Shown piece by piece: positions 12,828 to 25,806 of a stretch of 64,000 nucleotides of DNA. The DNA comes from Octopus sinensis. Its lineage: Eukaryota. Where the stretch lies: assembly GCF_006345805.1 (NCBI RefSeq), contig NC_043000.1, positions 123,194,001 through 123,258,000 on the forward strand. The letters are read 5' to 3'. The notes beneath the pieces were generated by a model. The model was not told where the DNA came from. It searched no databases and saw only the letters and a program-made list of their open reading frames with translations. The translations under genes were made by a program, and so were the position numbers. How positions within the stretch are numbered: position 1 is the first letter of the stretch; the number at the start of each line of letters is the position of its first letter.

Positions 12828-13150
12828 GAAGGTGTGTGGCTTAGTAGTTAGAGTATTTGGCTCAAGATCGTAAGGTTGTAAGTTCAATTCCTGGCGACAT
12901 GTTATATCCTTCAGCAAGACACTTTATTTCAAATTGTTCCAGTTCCTTCGGCTGGCAAAAATGGGTAGTAGCTGTATTTCAAAGGGCCAGCCTTGTCATG
13001 TTGTCACTCCATGTTGCACAGAACCTCCCTGAGAACTACGTTAAGTATACACGTCTTTAGAGTGCTCAGCCACATGCACATCAATTTCATGAGCAGGCTG
13101 TTCCATTAATCAGATCAGCTAGAACCCTTGACATTGTAACCAACAGAGTG
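12828..13150 (+). mobile_element. tRNA-derived SINE
   Basis: A box TGGCTTAGTAG (12837) and B box GTTCAATTCC (12882), then a ccttcagcaagacacttt core; no tRNA 3' acceptor stem. Confidence 0.8.
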
Positions 13151-13177
13151 TCAGTTATATGTGTGTGTGTGTGTGTG

Positions 13178-13221
<44 letters not shown>

Positions 13222-13369
13222 CATATACATGTATATGTATATATATGTATGTATATATGTGTGTATACATATATATATGTATATATATATATACACACAC
13301 ACATGTATATTCATGTGTATGTATATATATATATATATACATACTCACACACATATATGAAGATGTGCT

Positions 13370-13530
13370 GAAAGTTTAAGGGTATCACAAAAGGCCCAGT
13401 TGGAAGCCCAACCTTCCAAGTTCTTTTACAGGGTTTAGAAAAACTGAATAACTGCTGCAATAAGTGTGTAAATCTGAGAGAGGAATAAGTTCAATCAAAT
13501 CATAATTGAATAATCCTACTGTATTTTCTT
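13370..13530 (+). mobile_element. mariner transposase C-terminal remnant
   Basis: Reads approximately FLQGLEKLNNCCNKCVNLRGE, like the mariner F..GI.KL..RW.KCV...G.Y ending. Confidence 0.45.
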
Positions 13531-13575
13531 TTACCAAAAGTCAGGAACTTTTCAGCACCCACTTGTACACAAATT

Positions 13576-13657
<82 letters not shown>

Positions 13658-14200
13658 TATATGATGATTGCTGTCTGTTTTTGTTTTCTTATTATCAATA
13701 GCATTGCTGTCTTTCCATCCACGACCTCTCAGATGACTGTTCAGACTCACTGCAAATCCGCTTAACTGTATTTCTAGCTGGTTAAGCCTGTACACATTGT
13801 CATTCTTACATCACTACAGAATTTGCAGTAGATGGAATAAGAAATGAGGTTACTATAAAGAGACATCTGTGCATCATTGGATTATAGTGATAAATGCCTG
13901 AACAACTCAAGTACCACTCTCTAAGTCACTGTGATTTTTAACCTGTGACAGACCAAAGCTAGATAGCCAGTAATCATGTGAAACCACAGGTTGTACATCA
14001 GAGTGTTTATTGACAACAGTTAGGCAGTCTCAGTTGGATAGCTGTTGGCTCTCCTAAGTTCATCCACTCTTTCAAGGGTCTTGTTTTTCATTCTGCAGGG
14101 TGTCCGAAGACCACCCTACTCACTAAACAGGCTTGGTGTTGTTGTCATTTAATCATTGACTACATACACACACATACATTCATATATACATGTTTGTATG

Positions 14201-14361
14201 CACTAGCATAGCTAGTGGAGTAGGGGCAGTCTACCCCACGTGGAACTTTTAAAGGGGCACTAATTTTTGGTCTATTGTAGACAATATGTGGTTTTTGTAG
14301 GGTCCGGGGGTGGCAAACAGAAGAGCCATCCCCAGCTGCATGCATTCTAGCTATGCTAGTG
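14201..14361. mobile_element. 161-bp MITE, hAT-type
   Basis: Perfect 15-bp terminal inverted repeats CACTAGCATAGCTAG (14201-14215 / 14347-14361) and an 8-bp target-site duplication TTTGTATG (14193-14200 / 14362-14369). Confidence 0.9.
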
Positions 14362-14589
14362 TTTGTATGTATGTGCATATTGCAGTGGGTTGCAAGTTCA
14401 ATGGGATATCTTAATCTACTTAGGATGAAAAAAAAGTCAATCAGAAAAAGTCTGAGTGTTAATACATGTAATCCATAACTGAGAGTCCAACAAAATATAA
14501 TTTGTTAAACACAGTTATAAATTAAATCTATATATCTACTTATTTACATCCTTCTAATGTGTATGTGTGTGTGTGTGTGTGCGTGCATG

Positions 14590-14840
14590 TATCATCATCA
14601 TCATCTTCAATGAGCATCATCATCAATGAACATCCATTTTCCATTCTGGCATAGGTTGGATGATTTGACAGGATGCAGCAAGTAACAGGGCTGCATCATG
14701 CCCCAATGTCAGCTTTGGCATAGTTTCTACAGCTGGATGCCCTTCCCAACACCAACTACTTTACATTTTGTACTGGATGCTTTTCCTTGCCATCAGCACT
14801 AGTGTGGTTGCCAAGTAACTTACAAGGCAAGCAAAGAACA
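14590..14840 (-). mobile_element. diverged RTE-tail copy
   Basis: catcatc start, then catccattttccat...ggttgga...tttctacagctggatgccctt shared with other tail copies. Confidence 0.7.
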
Positions 14841-15636
14841 AGAAAAGAGAATGGAAAAGCTCCTTTGGTTAATTGGATGAAATATTTGAGAGTGGGGAGC
14901 TGGGTTATATCATGTATTGCAGATGAAGGTATGATAGCAGGACAAGCACAATGTCTTGCTATGGGGAAGGAAGATAAATGACTACTCTGCATTGTATAAC
15001 GGTGGAAGTTGTTGGGAAGAAGGTAAAATTGTTGTGATGAAATGCCAAAGCAAGCCCTCAAGGTGCAAGAGGTGATATGGACAGAGGAGCAGGAGAGAGA
15101 AGGTGCAGGTGAAGAGCTATAAGAACGTGAGGGTAGACAGATTGTTAGAGATGGGGGTAGGGTGTAATGTAGTATGTATAGATATATGTGCACGTGTGTG
15201 TATGTGTATATATATAATAAATCATCATCATCATCATCATCGGACGTTAAACGATGATGATGATGATTTATGTATATATGTATGCATCTATCTAGCTCAA
15301 TGTATATATATACATATATATATGTATATGTATACACATATGTATGTGTATATATACATATATATATGTATGTATATACATACATGTGTGTGTGTGCGTG
15401 CATGCATGCAGACATGGCAGTGTTTAATAGGCTCAATTTACAATTATGTGCTCTCAGGTTTAGAGCAACTACACAGTACCAACAAATATATATCTATACA
15501 ACCCATGTCAGCTTGGAGAAACAAATGTAAAATGAAGAAATGAATATTTCTGTAGAAACATCAACTCACGTATATTCATATGGCTATATGTGTGTAGGTG
15601 CATGTGTATGTGTGTGTGCATGTGTAAACATTTATA

Positions 15637-15672
<36 letters not shown>

Positions 15673-16048
15673 TAGATAGATAGATAGATATAGGTATATA
15701 CATACACACACACACACATGTATGTATATATATTTAAGTATACATTTATATACCATTTTGGAAATACCATTTGATGTTGTTTTTTTATATTTCTACTTGT
15801 GTTTTTTCATTAGAATACTGTATTTTGAATACAGTTTTTTTTTCTTACTTATCGTAAAAAATTTCTGACATTAGAAATTATTTTACCCAAAAAATTATAT
15901 ACAATGTCTTTTATGAATTTTATTATTGGTATCTTCTTATTTGTTTTTTTTTTCTCATTTATTTATATATGAGATTTATATTCGATTTATGTGGGCTAAT
16001 TTTATTGCTTCTCCATAATTTATTAAAATTATTCTGTCTCCTTTACAG

Positions 16049-16051
16049 ATG
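16049..16051 (+). other. candidate 3-nt microexon (ATG, Met) at the SS2-equivalent position
   Basis: ttctgtctcctttacAG|ATG|GTATGA; upstream CTAAT branch-like motif and about 75 nt without AG; 54-nt intron to the 16106 exon. No transcript evidence. Confidence 0.35.
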
Positions 16052-16105
16052 GTATGAAACCATTTTTCATGAACTAATTTTCTTATTTTTAATTCCGTGA
16101 TCTAG

Positions 16106-16261
16106 ATCACTTTTCAAGTGGATACAATCAAGAAAATTGGTACAACGATTGGAACGTTTACTTTGCTTTCAAGCAAAGTACTTTTCTTAGGAGGAAGTCT
16201 CAATACGTTAAACCTACCTGGCTCGAAGCTTAAACAAAATTTCAAAGGCTGTATGAGGAAG
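16106..16261 (+). CDS. NRXN: alpha-neurexin internal exon, C-terminal half of LNS2 (ITFQVDTIKK...FLGGS...NFKGCMRK)
   Basis: Acceptor tctAG at 16104-16105 and donor AAG|GTAAGC at 16262; phase 0/0, 156 nt. Aligns by eye to vertebrate neurexin VTISVDG...FYVGGS...NNFMGCLKE. Confidence 0.9.
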
Positions 16262-17504
16262 GTAAGCATGTCTTTTAATTACATTATTTTAATTGTTGAA
16301 CTTCCTATGAAATGTTATTTTATTAACAACAATAATGAAGTTTATGTCTACTAATGGGTCAATAAAATATTATGCTTTGTGATAAATGATAAAATTTCAG
16401 TCATGATCAATAAAAGAAATAGCCAGTGCTAATAGTATGTTTGTTAGAGAAATACCTGTTTTCCCTTGCATCCATAACAAACTGCAAATAAATTATTTTT
16501 ATATGAACCAGTAAAATGTGGATTATTTTCAATTTTACACACAAGATTTTTGAAGTATTTTAACAATCATATGTATTCACATTTTCTCCTTTAAAAGATC
16601 AGGATCTAAAAGTCATTAATCCAATAGTATGAAATTTTGACCTTATTAAACTTAATTCTACATCAAAGTGAAATTGTAAAGATGAACATGATGTTTCTGA
16701 TTTAAAATCTCATGTTTTAATGAGGTTATAATGCTTTTATAAGTTTTATGAATATTCTACTAAAAGTATCTTTCTTAAATTATGTACAAAATCATTCTCT
16801 AAAACCTTATTTGTCTCTGTTTACTTTTAGTTCCTTAAATTCTTGTTGAATTTCTGCTTATCTTACAGCTTAAAACTGTTTTTTCATTTTATACTGTGTG
16901 AAAGGGGAAATATACCTTAATTTTTCATTCAAAGATCAACAAAACTAGTTGAAGTATTCTACAAATATTATAACAATAATTTTGGTGGGGTCAAACTGGC
17001 ATATAGAATAAAGAATAATACTACTTACATGATGATCCCGTAATTTTATTTTTCACTTTTCTCAAACTATTTTAATATTTGGATGCAAACATTTGAGGCA
17101 CCAAACTAGATTTTATAAAATTATTTGTTATTTGTTGAATCATTCATAAGAATTTTCTTACATATTTGTATTTATATCCAAATTTTCCAACTAATTTTAC
17201 TTTGTCTTTTATTCTTCCACAGTCAATAAAATGGAACTCCAACATGTTATTCTTCTTACAAAATTAAACTTATTATGCATTTATGGCATTTTTATTGCCT
17301 AAAGCAATATGTGTTGGAGTGCTGTGATATGGGTTTGTTGATTACTTAACCAACATTTTTATAAATGGGAATCCATATTGAATATTAAACAAATGATATT
17401 TGGATTAAACACTGAATCTCAAAACAAAATACTTCTTACTGCAATTATATTTTCTTTAATACATTTTTCCTAATTTGTATATTTTCTTTAAACATGTGTT
17501 TCAG

Positions 17505-18291
17505 GTCTTCTACAAAGCCGATGGTATTGAATTGAATTTGATTGAACTTGGAAGAGATAAACATGACTTAATCGATGTCGTTGGGGATGTGCAATTTGGA
17601 AAATGTCACATTCATATAGATCCAGAACCTATTACGTTCACATCGCCCGACTCATTCATCACTCTTCCGAAATGGGACGTTTCCAAAGGAGGCAACCTAT
17701 CTCTCAAATTTGTAACCAACGAACCAAACAGTGTTCTCCTCTACAACAGTAGGAGCGAGAATCATGATGACTTCTTAGCAGTAGAAATGCTAGATGGCTT
17801 CTTGTTCTTTGTTTTCAGTATCGGATTAAACTCCCAAAGGCTGAGAGTAACAGAACAAAAAATTAACGATGCTTCAGTACATGAAATATACATCAATATG
17901 ACAAAAGAAGCGGGGTATATCGATGTGGATGGACATAGGACGGATTATGCAATCCCTGGCAAGAGCGTATTGAGCCCGCATGGTAAACTTTATTTAGGAG
18001 GCATCGGTGATAGGGAAGATCGATTTTTATTGCCAAAAGAGATATGGGCTGGAGTGCTAGGATATGGGTTTGTTGGTTGCTTGACCAACTTTTTTATGAA
18101 TGGGGAGTCTTTCGAATTACCTGCATTGAGTGTCGAACAAATGGTACCTGGAGTGAAAAATGAATGTCAAAACATGAAATCCCAGTGCTTGAAACGTCCC
18201 TGCTTGCACCAAGGAAACTGTGCCAAGGGCTGGAATCGATTCATTTGTGATTGCAGGCAAACTGGATATTATGGTACTCTATGTGAACATG
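17505..18291 (+). CDS. NRXN: alpha-neurexin exon: LNS2 end, LNS3 and EGF2 (VFYKADG...DPEPITF...EMLDG...CLHQGNCAKGWNRFICDCRQTGYYGTLCEH)
   Basis: tttcAG|GTC acceptor and CATG|GTAAGT donor; phase 0/1; in frame with the previous exon. LNS motifs and the six-Cys EGF match alpha-neurexin. No fibrinogen-like domain follows the EGF, which argues against CASPR/Nrx-IV. Confidence 0.95.
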
Positions 18292-19222
18292 GTAAGTTAT
18301 TATTTTAGCTTTATGAAACCAGAGAGTGTGTTTCATCATGTGCTGGTGAGTTATTTCAAATTAAATGAAAACAGTTGATTTTTAGGGACCCCTGTTACTC
18401 AAAGCTAGTGTCTGCACATGTAGATGCAGAAAATATTTGGGATGATCATGGTTAAATAAATAGCTAGCCAACAACCACAAACCAACAGGCTAGACATGTG
18501 CAGTGCCAAAGAGACAACATTATGAAATATCAATTTTGCAAGGTCACACCAAGACATATGACTGATACATTCATTTTTTAAATCAAGACTGACCTGGGGC
18601 TAACTACCTACTTTACAGTTAGAAGAACTGGGACATTTGAGAATTCATTCTCTTGGCTGAAGACAAATGGCTAGCTGCTGGCAGAACATGAATCACTGAC
18701 TTCTTATCTTTTAAAATTTCTAAAATCTCTAAAAATAACTTACCATGATGATGATGATTTCATAGTTGTCTAAATTTAAATATTCATAAACAAATCAACA
18801 TCATTATCATCATCAGTATAATTGCTATTTTTATAATTGTTTTTCTAAGCTAGATGTTTTTTAAATACTAATATTTTTGTGTACAATTATTAATTTAATT
18901 CTAGTTTTCATGGTCTGTGTATAGCTGATTGTAGCAAATGTTTTAGTTGCTATCTTGTTCAAAAGGGGAATGAATATTAAAACAAACTAATTTATAAAAT
19001 ATAATTCAATAAAAAGCAAGTTGTTAAAAGGATATTTCTATGTGTGACTTCCATAGAACTAAAAGGAACAAGAATCAAATTTTTAATGACATCAAAATGC
19101 AAACATTATTTATATTAATGAATTAGGTTCATGTACCATGGTCAAAAAGAATTTCTAAAATTATTTTACTATGAATTACTTTATAAGATCCATTAATAAT
19201 ATGTAAATTTTCATTTTTTTAG

Positions 19223-19440
19223 TGGCTTCAACACTTCACTTTGAAGGCACACAGTTCATGAAAATAACATTGGAAGGAGAGTCTAAATCTGAAGTAGAAG
19301 ATATATCATTGCGATTCAACACTGTGAGACCACATGGGTTGCTCTTCCTTGCTGCCTCAGGAAAATCTAAAGATATTATGGAGTTGCTGTTAGAATCAGG
19401 AACCATTAAATTCACTATTAAACTTGGCAGTGGCACGAGA
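19223..19440 (+). CDS. NRXN: alpha-neurexin exon: N-terminal LNS4 (VASTLHFEGTQFMKI...EDISLRF...KLGSGTR)
   Basis: tttttttAG acceptor and AGA|GTGAGT donor; phase 1/0. Matches vertebrate EATVLSYDGSMFMKI...EDVSLRF. Confidence 0.93.
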
Positions 19441-22400
19441 GTGAGTACTAGTAACTAAAATATATTTGTGTTATAAAGATCAAAAACAGGTCAAATAAAA
19501 ATATTTTATAGTCATTGTATGGAAAGGAGACTTTTAGGAGTAGGAATGTGTAATGTGTATGAATGACAATATTTAAAGTTTAACAATGATTTCAAATGAT
19601 AGTAGTGGATTTGTAAGAATAAAAAAATTAAGTTTAACTGAAACAAGAAATGATCATACTTTTAGGCAATAAAACTTTGAAAACCTATAGAACTTGAATT
19701 AAGATGCATTAGATTGTGCTGTTACAACTGCCAACCCACAGAGCATTATGGGCATTATAAATATTAACTGAATGTTAATTATAGATAAAACTGTTTTCAG
19801 CTCCAGGATAAATGATTCCTAGACTTAACAATTTGGCTATAAAGAAAGTTTAATATGCATCACTTGTTGGCATAAACTTATCAGCTGCAATATAGATTTT
19901 ATATGTCTCTTACTGTAAGTCCTATCATTTCTATGAGTAGAAAAGGAAATGTTAATAAACTCTGGTCAGAGATTGATTTTATGGATTAGAAATTACTGAG
20001 ATACTAGTACATTTAAGTGTTACCTGTTACATTGATTCAGGTTTTTGACTATTAGATAATTAGTACTACCATCATGAATTTAATGACTATTTTTCCATGC
20101 TAGATTAAGTTGGAAGGATAGCAATGATTATGTTCCTGCAATCTTTGATATATCAATCAACATCTTTTCCTTAAATTTTACTTGGTCTACTATTAGAATT
20201 ACTATATTCTAGCACCAAATTATCTCATTCTTCCCCAGAATGCATTCTCCAGTCTCTTTATATATCTTTCCCAATATACTCACCTCATCTATTTACTTTG
20301 ATTCAAAAGTTTGATATTCTATTATTGCATGCATTATCTGGTGCTAAAACAATTTGTACAGAACAGTACAACAACAAACTTGAAGCAAATTACAATTAAT
20401 GCAATTTAGAAAGATATTAGATAACATTGTAAAATGTAAATTAATAAATATTTAATTGTTTAGAAAGTAGGATAAAATTTACTAGGTGTAAAGCATTTAC
20501 TTTTCCAGGATTTGCTTCTATTTATATACATTAAAATCTTTGTTTAAATATGCATAATCTTAAAAAGTCATGTGAAACTTTACTTTAACTGCACTTTAAC
20601 TGAAATCAACCATAGAAATATTTGTATGAAATATTGAGATTTCTAAGAAAGGGAAAATAACTCAAATTAATTATGTTTCATCAGTACCATCATCAACTAA
20701 TAAAAAATTTAAAGAATACATTTTATGATATCAGTTATCAATACTTTGGAAAGAAACTATTGCATGATTTAATTGAAATACAGATAATCAAATATTGGTT
20801 TCTAATAAAGCAAAATGAAAATTCACCCAGCTTGTAATTTATCAAATGAACAGAACATTTTCAAGAAAACGTAAACTGAGAAGTGGAAGATTTCTTATAA
20901 TCCTTCTAAAAGGTTTACTTAAATATAGAAAACAAAAATGGAAAATTTTAAAAGGAGTGTAAAGAAAAGTTGTGGTGATATTTGTTACAGATATGTATGT
21001 AAATAATCTTTGGATTTTGCTACAAAGGATAGAAAAACAAAATACTATGCTTTTATTGCAAAGTTATATTTTCTAAATGGTATCTAAACAGATTAATTAC
21101 TAACCAAATTCTTGTAACTTTATTTCTACAAAAATCAGTTGCAGTTACAAATTCACTTCCTTTAGATAACTTTCCAACGAACACTTAGATAAATTTATTA
21201 TGTTCTCTAAATAGCAATGTTATCATACCAGTTTAATATCTATATATCTCTCTCTAAATATATATATATATATATATATATATAAACATATTTTTGTTTC
21301 CATGTGTAAATGTTTGTGTATGAGTTTCCAAACAGGAGTACCTGTGTATTTTATGTATGCATATGCAATGTTACAAAGATCGATCAGCTCAAACAGATCA
21401 TATTATGAAGGCCAAATTGAATCTCAAAACCAAGGAAGAACAAGTAGAAGATCATAAACTCTGATTTTAAACCATCTCAGTTGCTTCAAAATGATTGAAC
21501 AACAATATTGCAGAATTGAAGAGGACAAATGACAAATATAGAAAACTGCCAGTTCCAACTACAACTCACTCCATATATTTGATGTAATTTGAGTGGGCAC
21601 ATGTTTCATACAATGATTAGTTTTCCCAGTTGTCAGACACACCAGCACAACAAACAAAAGGAGAAAAGAATGAAAGAGCTAACAGTGATGACAATGACAG
21701 TGATGTGTGTAGATCTATATACAATACATATGAAGCCATATACACCTGATAATGGCTGTCTCCTCATTTTTCTATGTATTTGGCTTATATATTAATAAAT
21801 ACACAAAAAGATTTTAAGGCCAGAATGAAATTTGCAGAGATAGGAAGTATAATTTGTTGGTATAGATGATAGGTAGTTTATAGGATATTCTTTACAAAAA
21901 TGCACTTTCCAATAATTTATTAAGATACTTTTCAAAAACAGAATTCTTTCTCAGATTGAAGAGTTCATATTTTGATCAAATATTGATGTAATCTCATTGT
22001 ATTTGCAATTGTCTTGCAAATGGAATGATTATTTGAATATTAATTATCCTCTCATAGATACTTCCATCCTTCATTTAACTATGATTCCAACATTTCCATG
22101 TCATTTTTAGAGAAGAGAATTTTTATGCATATGATTGTTTTTATGTAATCTTAATAATGGTCTTTAGTTTTTATAAAGACCATGTATGAGTGATTAATTC
22201 TCTGTAAAATGCATCTTTAATCTTCTAAATTCATGTATTCAAACAGTGCATTTTTTTCTCACAGAATAGGAACATTTCCTTAAAAGATCATTTATCTAAC
22301 TACAGTTACTCTGTAGGCTTACATCTTTCTTCTTCTGCAGTTGTGGTGAGTTTTAGCTATGAATTCACAAAATATACTGGAATCTCTAGGAGATTGTATC

Positions 22401-22805
22401 AAAACGTTAGATACACTAGATGTAATTCACATTAGATGAACTATATGTGAAGTCCATGAAGTGATCAGATAACTTCTAGTAGTAAAGTTCTGCAACTCAG
22501 AGGATATAATTAGTACTGAGAATTATGCCAGAGAAATTATAATATCATGAGTACAAAGATAGTTGAAGTATAGAGAACTTTTAAACTTGCTGATGGTAGA
22601 ATGTTTATATATATATATATATATATATGCCATATTGCCTGAAGAAATGAACGCATGAACTAAGATCCACCTGATATCCATTGATATTGTAGATTGTTCT
22701 GTAACCATCCGAGGAATACAAAATCACAAGAAAGATGTGATTTGTGGAAATGTGCATAACAATGTGTTTAAATATTTATAAATTCCATCCATGGATTATT
22801 AATTA

Positions 22806-22855
<50 letters not shown>

Positions 22856-22889
22856 CATTATTATTATCATATATATATATATATATATA

Positions 22890-23500
22890 TAAAGAATACA
22901 AAAAATGGGACACGAATGCAAAACATCCAGACGGTTAGATGATACAAAAAAGGGACAAGAAAAAACAAGGATGGGTCATTCGGAGCTTTCTTTCGTCAGT
23001 CAAGTTCCGGATAATCATTGCAGTTTTGGCTGGTTAAATTCAAGACTGCTCCAATCTGGCCAGCTCCAAAGAAAATCTAAGCTAAGAGCACTAGATTCTT
23101 TGGAAGAAAGCAGTAAATGTATATGAAAACAAGGACGGGAAAAAACAGATAAATGATACACAAATACAAATGCAAACAACAGGATATTAACAACAAGTGT
23201 CTTTTGACTAAGGACGAATTAAATTAAGCTGGTATATGTGGAAGTGAAGCCTTATGGCAGGGACATAAGAGATGACAGGCATGGGAAGGGATATAGATGT
23301 TGCACAGATGGTAGTCGAACCAAGAAAGAAAGGTCAGGCTTGGCAGAACACTGGTCATATGGAAGGAGAGGAGAGAGGTAGATGCAGAGGGATAGAAGAA
23401 TTAGGGAGGGATGAGAAAAAAAGAAAAGGGACAGAGTGAAGTGAAAGTCCCTTGATTTGAATAAGAATGGAGATGGGATATGAGTAATGAATGTAAAGGA
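22890..23500 (-). mobile_element. interspersed repeat, possibly a Penelope-like 3' relic
   Basis: Complex, higher-GC block next to TA/TTA microsatellites, with CTGACGA-hairpin-GAA on the minus strand. Family assignment is inference. Confidence 0.35.
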
Positions 23501-23600
23501 AAATGTTACACATTTGTAATTAGGCAAATATCTAATGATAAAAAGAAACTCATGAAGACTCTTATGGTGACAAAGGAGGTTTTGTTTTTTTCATTTTCAG

Positions 23601-23709
23601 ACCCTAATTACTGGCCAAAGTCTCAATGATGGGCAATGGCACACAGTGTTTGTTAAGCGCAGAGCTAGAACTGTAGAGCTGGCAGTTGATTATAACTTAC
23701 CAGTCACTG
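23601..23709 (+). CDS. NRXN: alpha-neurexin exon: LNS4 middle (TLITGQSLNDGQWHTVFVKRRARTVELAVDYNLPVT)
   Basis: ttttcAG acceptor and ACTG|GTAAGA donor; phase 0/1, 109 nt. Contains the LNDxxWHTV LNS motif. Confidence 0.93.
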
Positions 23710-23974
23710 GTAAGAATATTTTTTCCTATACCATTGTTTGTTTATTTGTTTATCTTCATTTTACCAATCTTGTGTTAGCTGCTCTTCATGTCATTAACCT
23801 TTTTCTGTCTTTCAATAAAGGAATCTTTTGTCTCATACATCTCCAAAGGCACAAAGCAAGCAAACAAGTTGTTGAAAGGAAAAGCGACAACACACTACTC
23901 ATAGCAACACAAACCAGATACACATATATGCATTTATACACTCACACACACACACACATGCACACAACCAGTTT

Positions 23975-24105
23975 CTTCAATTTCCAGCTTTGCTTGGCCT
24001 GAGGATATTGTAGAAGACACTTGCCCAATGTGCCATGAAGTGAGACTGAACTTGAGACCATGTGGTTGGAAAGCAAAGGTCATGCCCACACATCTATACC
24101 TGCAT
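23975..24105 (-). mobile_element. tRNA-derived SINE head
   Basis: agaagacacttgccca...gactgaac...accatgtggttggaaagcaa, shared with 37200-37330. Confidence 0.7.
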
Positions 24106-24779
24106 CTGTTGCAAAAAATAAGCTTAAAGTATTAACTGATAGAATTTCAAAAATAATTAACCAAAACTGTAAGCAAACATCTTTGCTGAATATTTGTATA
24201 TTCCTCTTTGAAAATCAATACTTTAAAATAATAGATAAAAGTAAAAAATACAACTGTTACAAAATGAACAGTATTAGCAAATATTTTATCTTTTGATAGA
24301 GTAATTTAACTGCTAATGCTGCTGACAAGCTTCGGAATATTGTAACTCTATAAACCTTACAGTCTTGGAAAGAGAAAGCTGATTATGCTAAATGTCTAGT
24401 ATCAGTTTTATGATATAACTATTTAAATTGTTTCTTAATTATTTCCTTATAAGCATATATATTATTGAAAAAGGTAGAAGTAAAGGTTAAAGAATTTATT
24501 TTAAAAATCCATTTAAATATTGTATGTCTTATTTATTCTAGATAAGCTACCAGAACTAAGAAAAACTTTAAAATATGAGTATATATATATTGGCTCAATT
24601 GGACCTGTACCCTCGGGTAAATATCTTACATTTCATTATTTTCAGGAAAAATATTAAAAGTACCAATTACCTGACTGATGTATGATAATTATGCTTTCAA
24701 TATTTTATGCAGTTATTTTGATAATAAATCTGATAATATTTTAGTAGTTTCATATTAGATAGCATCATTTGTTCTCAGT

Positions 24780-24960
24780 AAGGATGTGTTGTGTGGGGAC
24801 TGGCATGCCAAAAAGTAAACCCAACATCTCTGCATGTCATAAAAAGCAATAAAAGTGGTTGAGGTTGGATTTGCACTCCAACCTCGTAAAACCCTCACCA
24901 GCAATGACTACCCAAACAGATCCATGGCTTGGATAGCTGTCACCTGAGTTGTGCAAAGAC
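24780..24960 (+). mobile_element. probable RTE 5'-end relic
   Basis: gtgtggggac...tgcatgtcataaaaagcaataaaag followed by the perfect hairpin GAGGTTGGA/TCCAACCTC and gtaaaacc; resembles RTE 5' UTRs as I recall them. Confidence 0.4.
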
Positions 24961-25806
24961 ATCATCTGCCAAGAGTAGATAATTACCAACAAATTATGTA
25001 TTCAGCAACATGTTGTTACAGTGCATGCCCCCATACTGCTACTAATAAGGTTGTCATGTACTATACAACTAATACTAGAAAAATATTTCATTTATTAACT
25101 CAACATACCTTCAGAATTATATAATTCTTGCTTGATATTAAAAATATTAATGCAGTTTAAATCATTTTGAGACTTCAATATTTATAAATGAATCTTTATA
25201 TATTTTTTACAAATGTATATGAGATTTTTATCAGTCAAGGTTGACCATTTATCTGTACTCATATGTCCAGATTTGGATAAGATTTTTTTTGAGAAATACT
25301 GACAGTTACCCATGTGTGCAAGTCTCCTCTCTCCAAAATACTGATGTTTATAAAAGGAAAAAGCCACCAGTTTGGGCCAATGCAACTTGGCACCAACATC
25401 ATCACAAATACTGCAATCAGAATGCAAAGAGTCTGAACTGATACCACAAGCTGCCTGGCCAACATTCCTTCAATCTATCGACCTGGTTTGATACTTTTTA
25501 TTGATTTTGAAAGAATGAAAGGCAAAGTTGACCTTGGAAGGATTTGATCTTAGTGTGCTAAGAGTTTAAACAAATACCACAAAGCATTTAATTCAATGCT
25601 CTAATGACCCTGCAATTTGCTGCCTAAAAGAAAATATATATAATATGCTTTGTATAGAAATATAGACATTAGTCAGTAGATTTAATTATTCATATAAAAG
25701 TAGAAAAATCCAAGAAATTAACAAAAAAAAAAGATTTACATTTTTCATTGTGATACTTTTCTAAATGTTAATTATCAGCAATTTTCTATTAATTTTCTTA
25801 TTCTAG

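Noticed and set aside
12828-12900. tRNA-like sequences here and at 60291-60360
   Set aside because: A/B boxes are present but there is no complete cloverleaf, and they continue into SINE bodies.
14756-15436. 226-aa minus-strand ORF
   Set aside because: Half is microsatellite translation; the rest is a probable decayed repeat with no recognisable domain.
1-16048. Upstream neurexin exons (signal peptide, LNS1, EGF1, first half of LNS2)
   Set aside because: Searched by eye for LNS/EGF motifs and found none; probably upstream of the window, though a short exon could have been missed.
19441-23600. Possible SS3-type alternative exon in the LNS4 intron
   Set aside because: The intron lies about five residues away from vertebrate SS3, and I found no convincing frame-preserving microexon.
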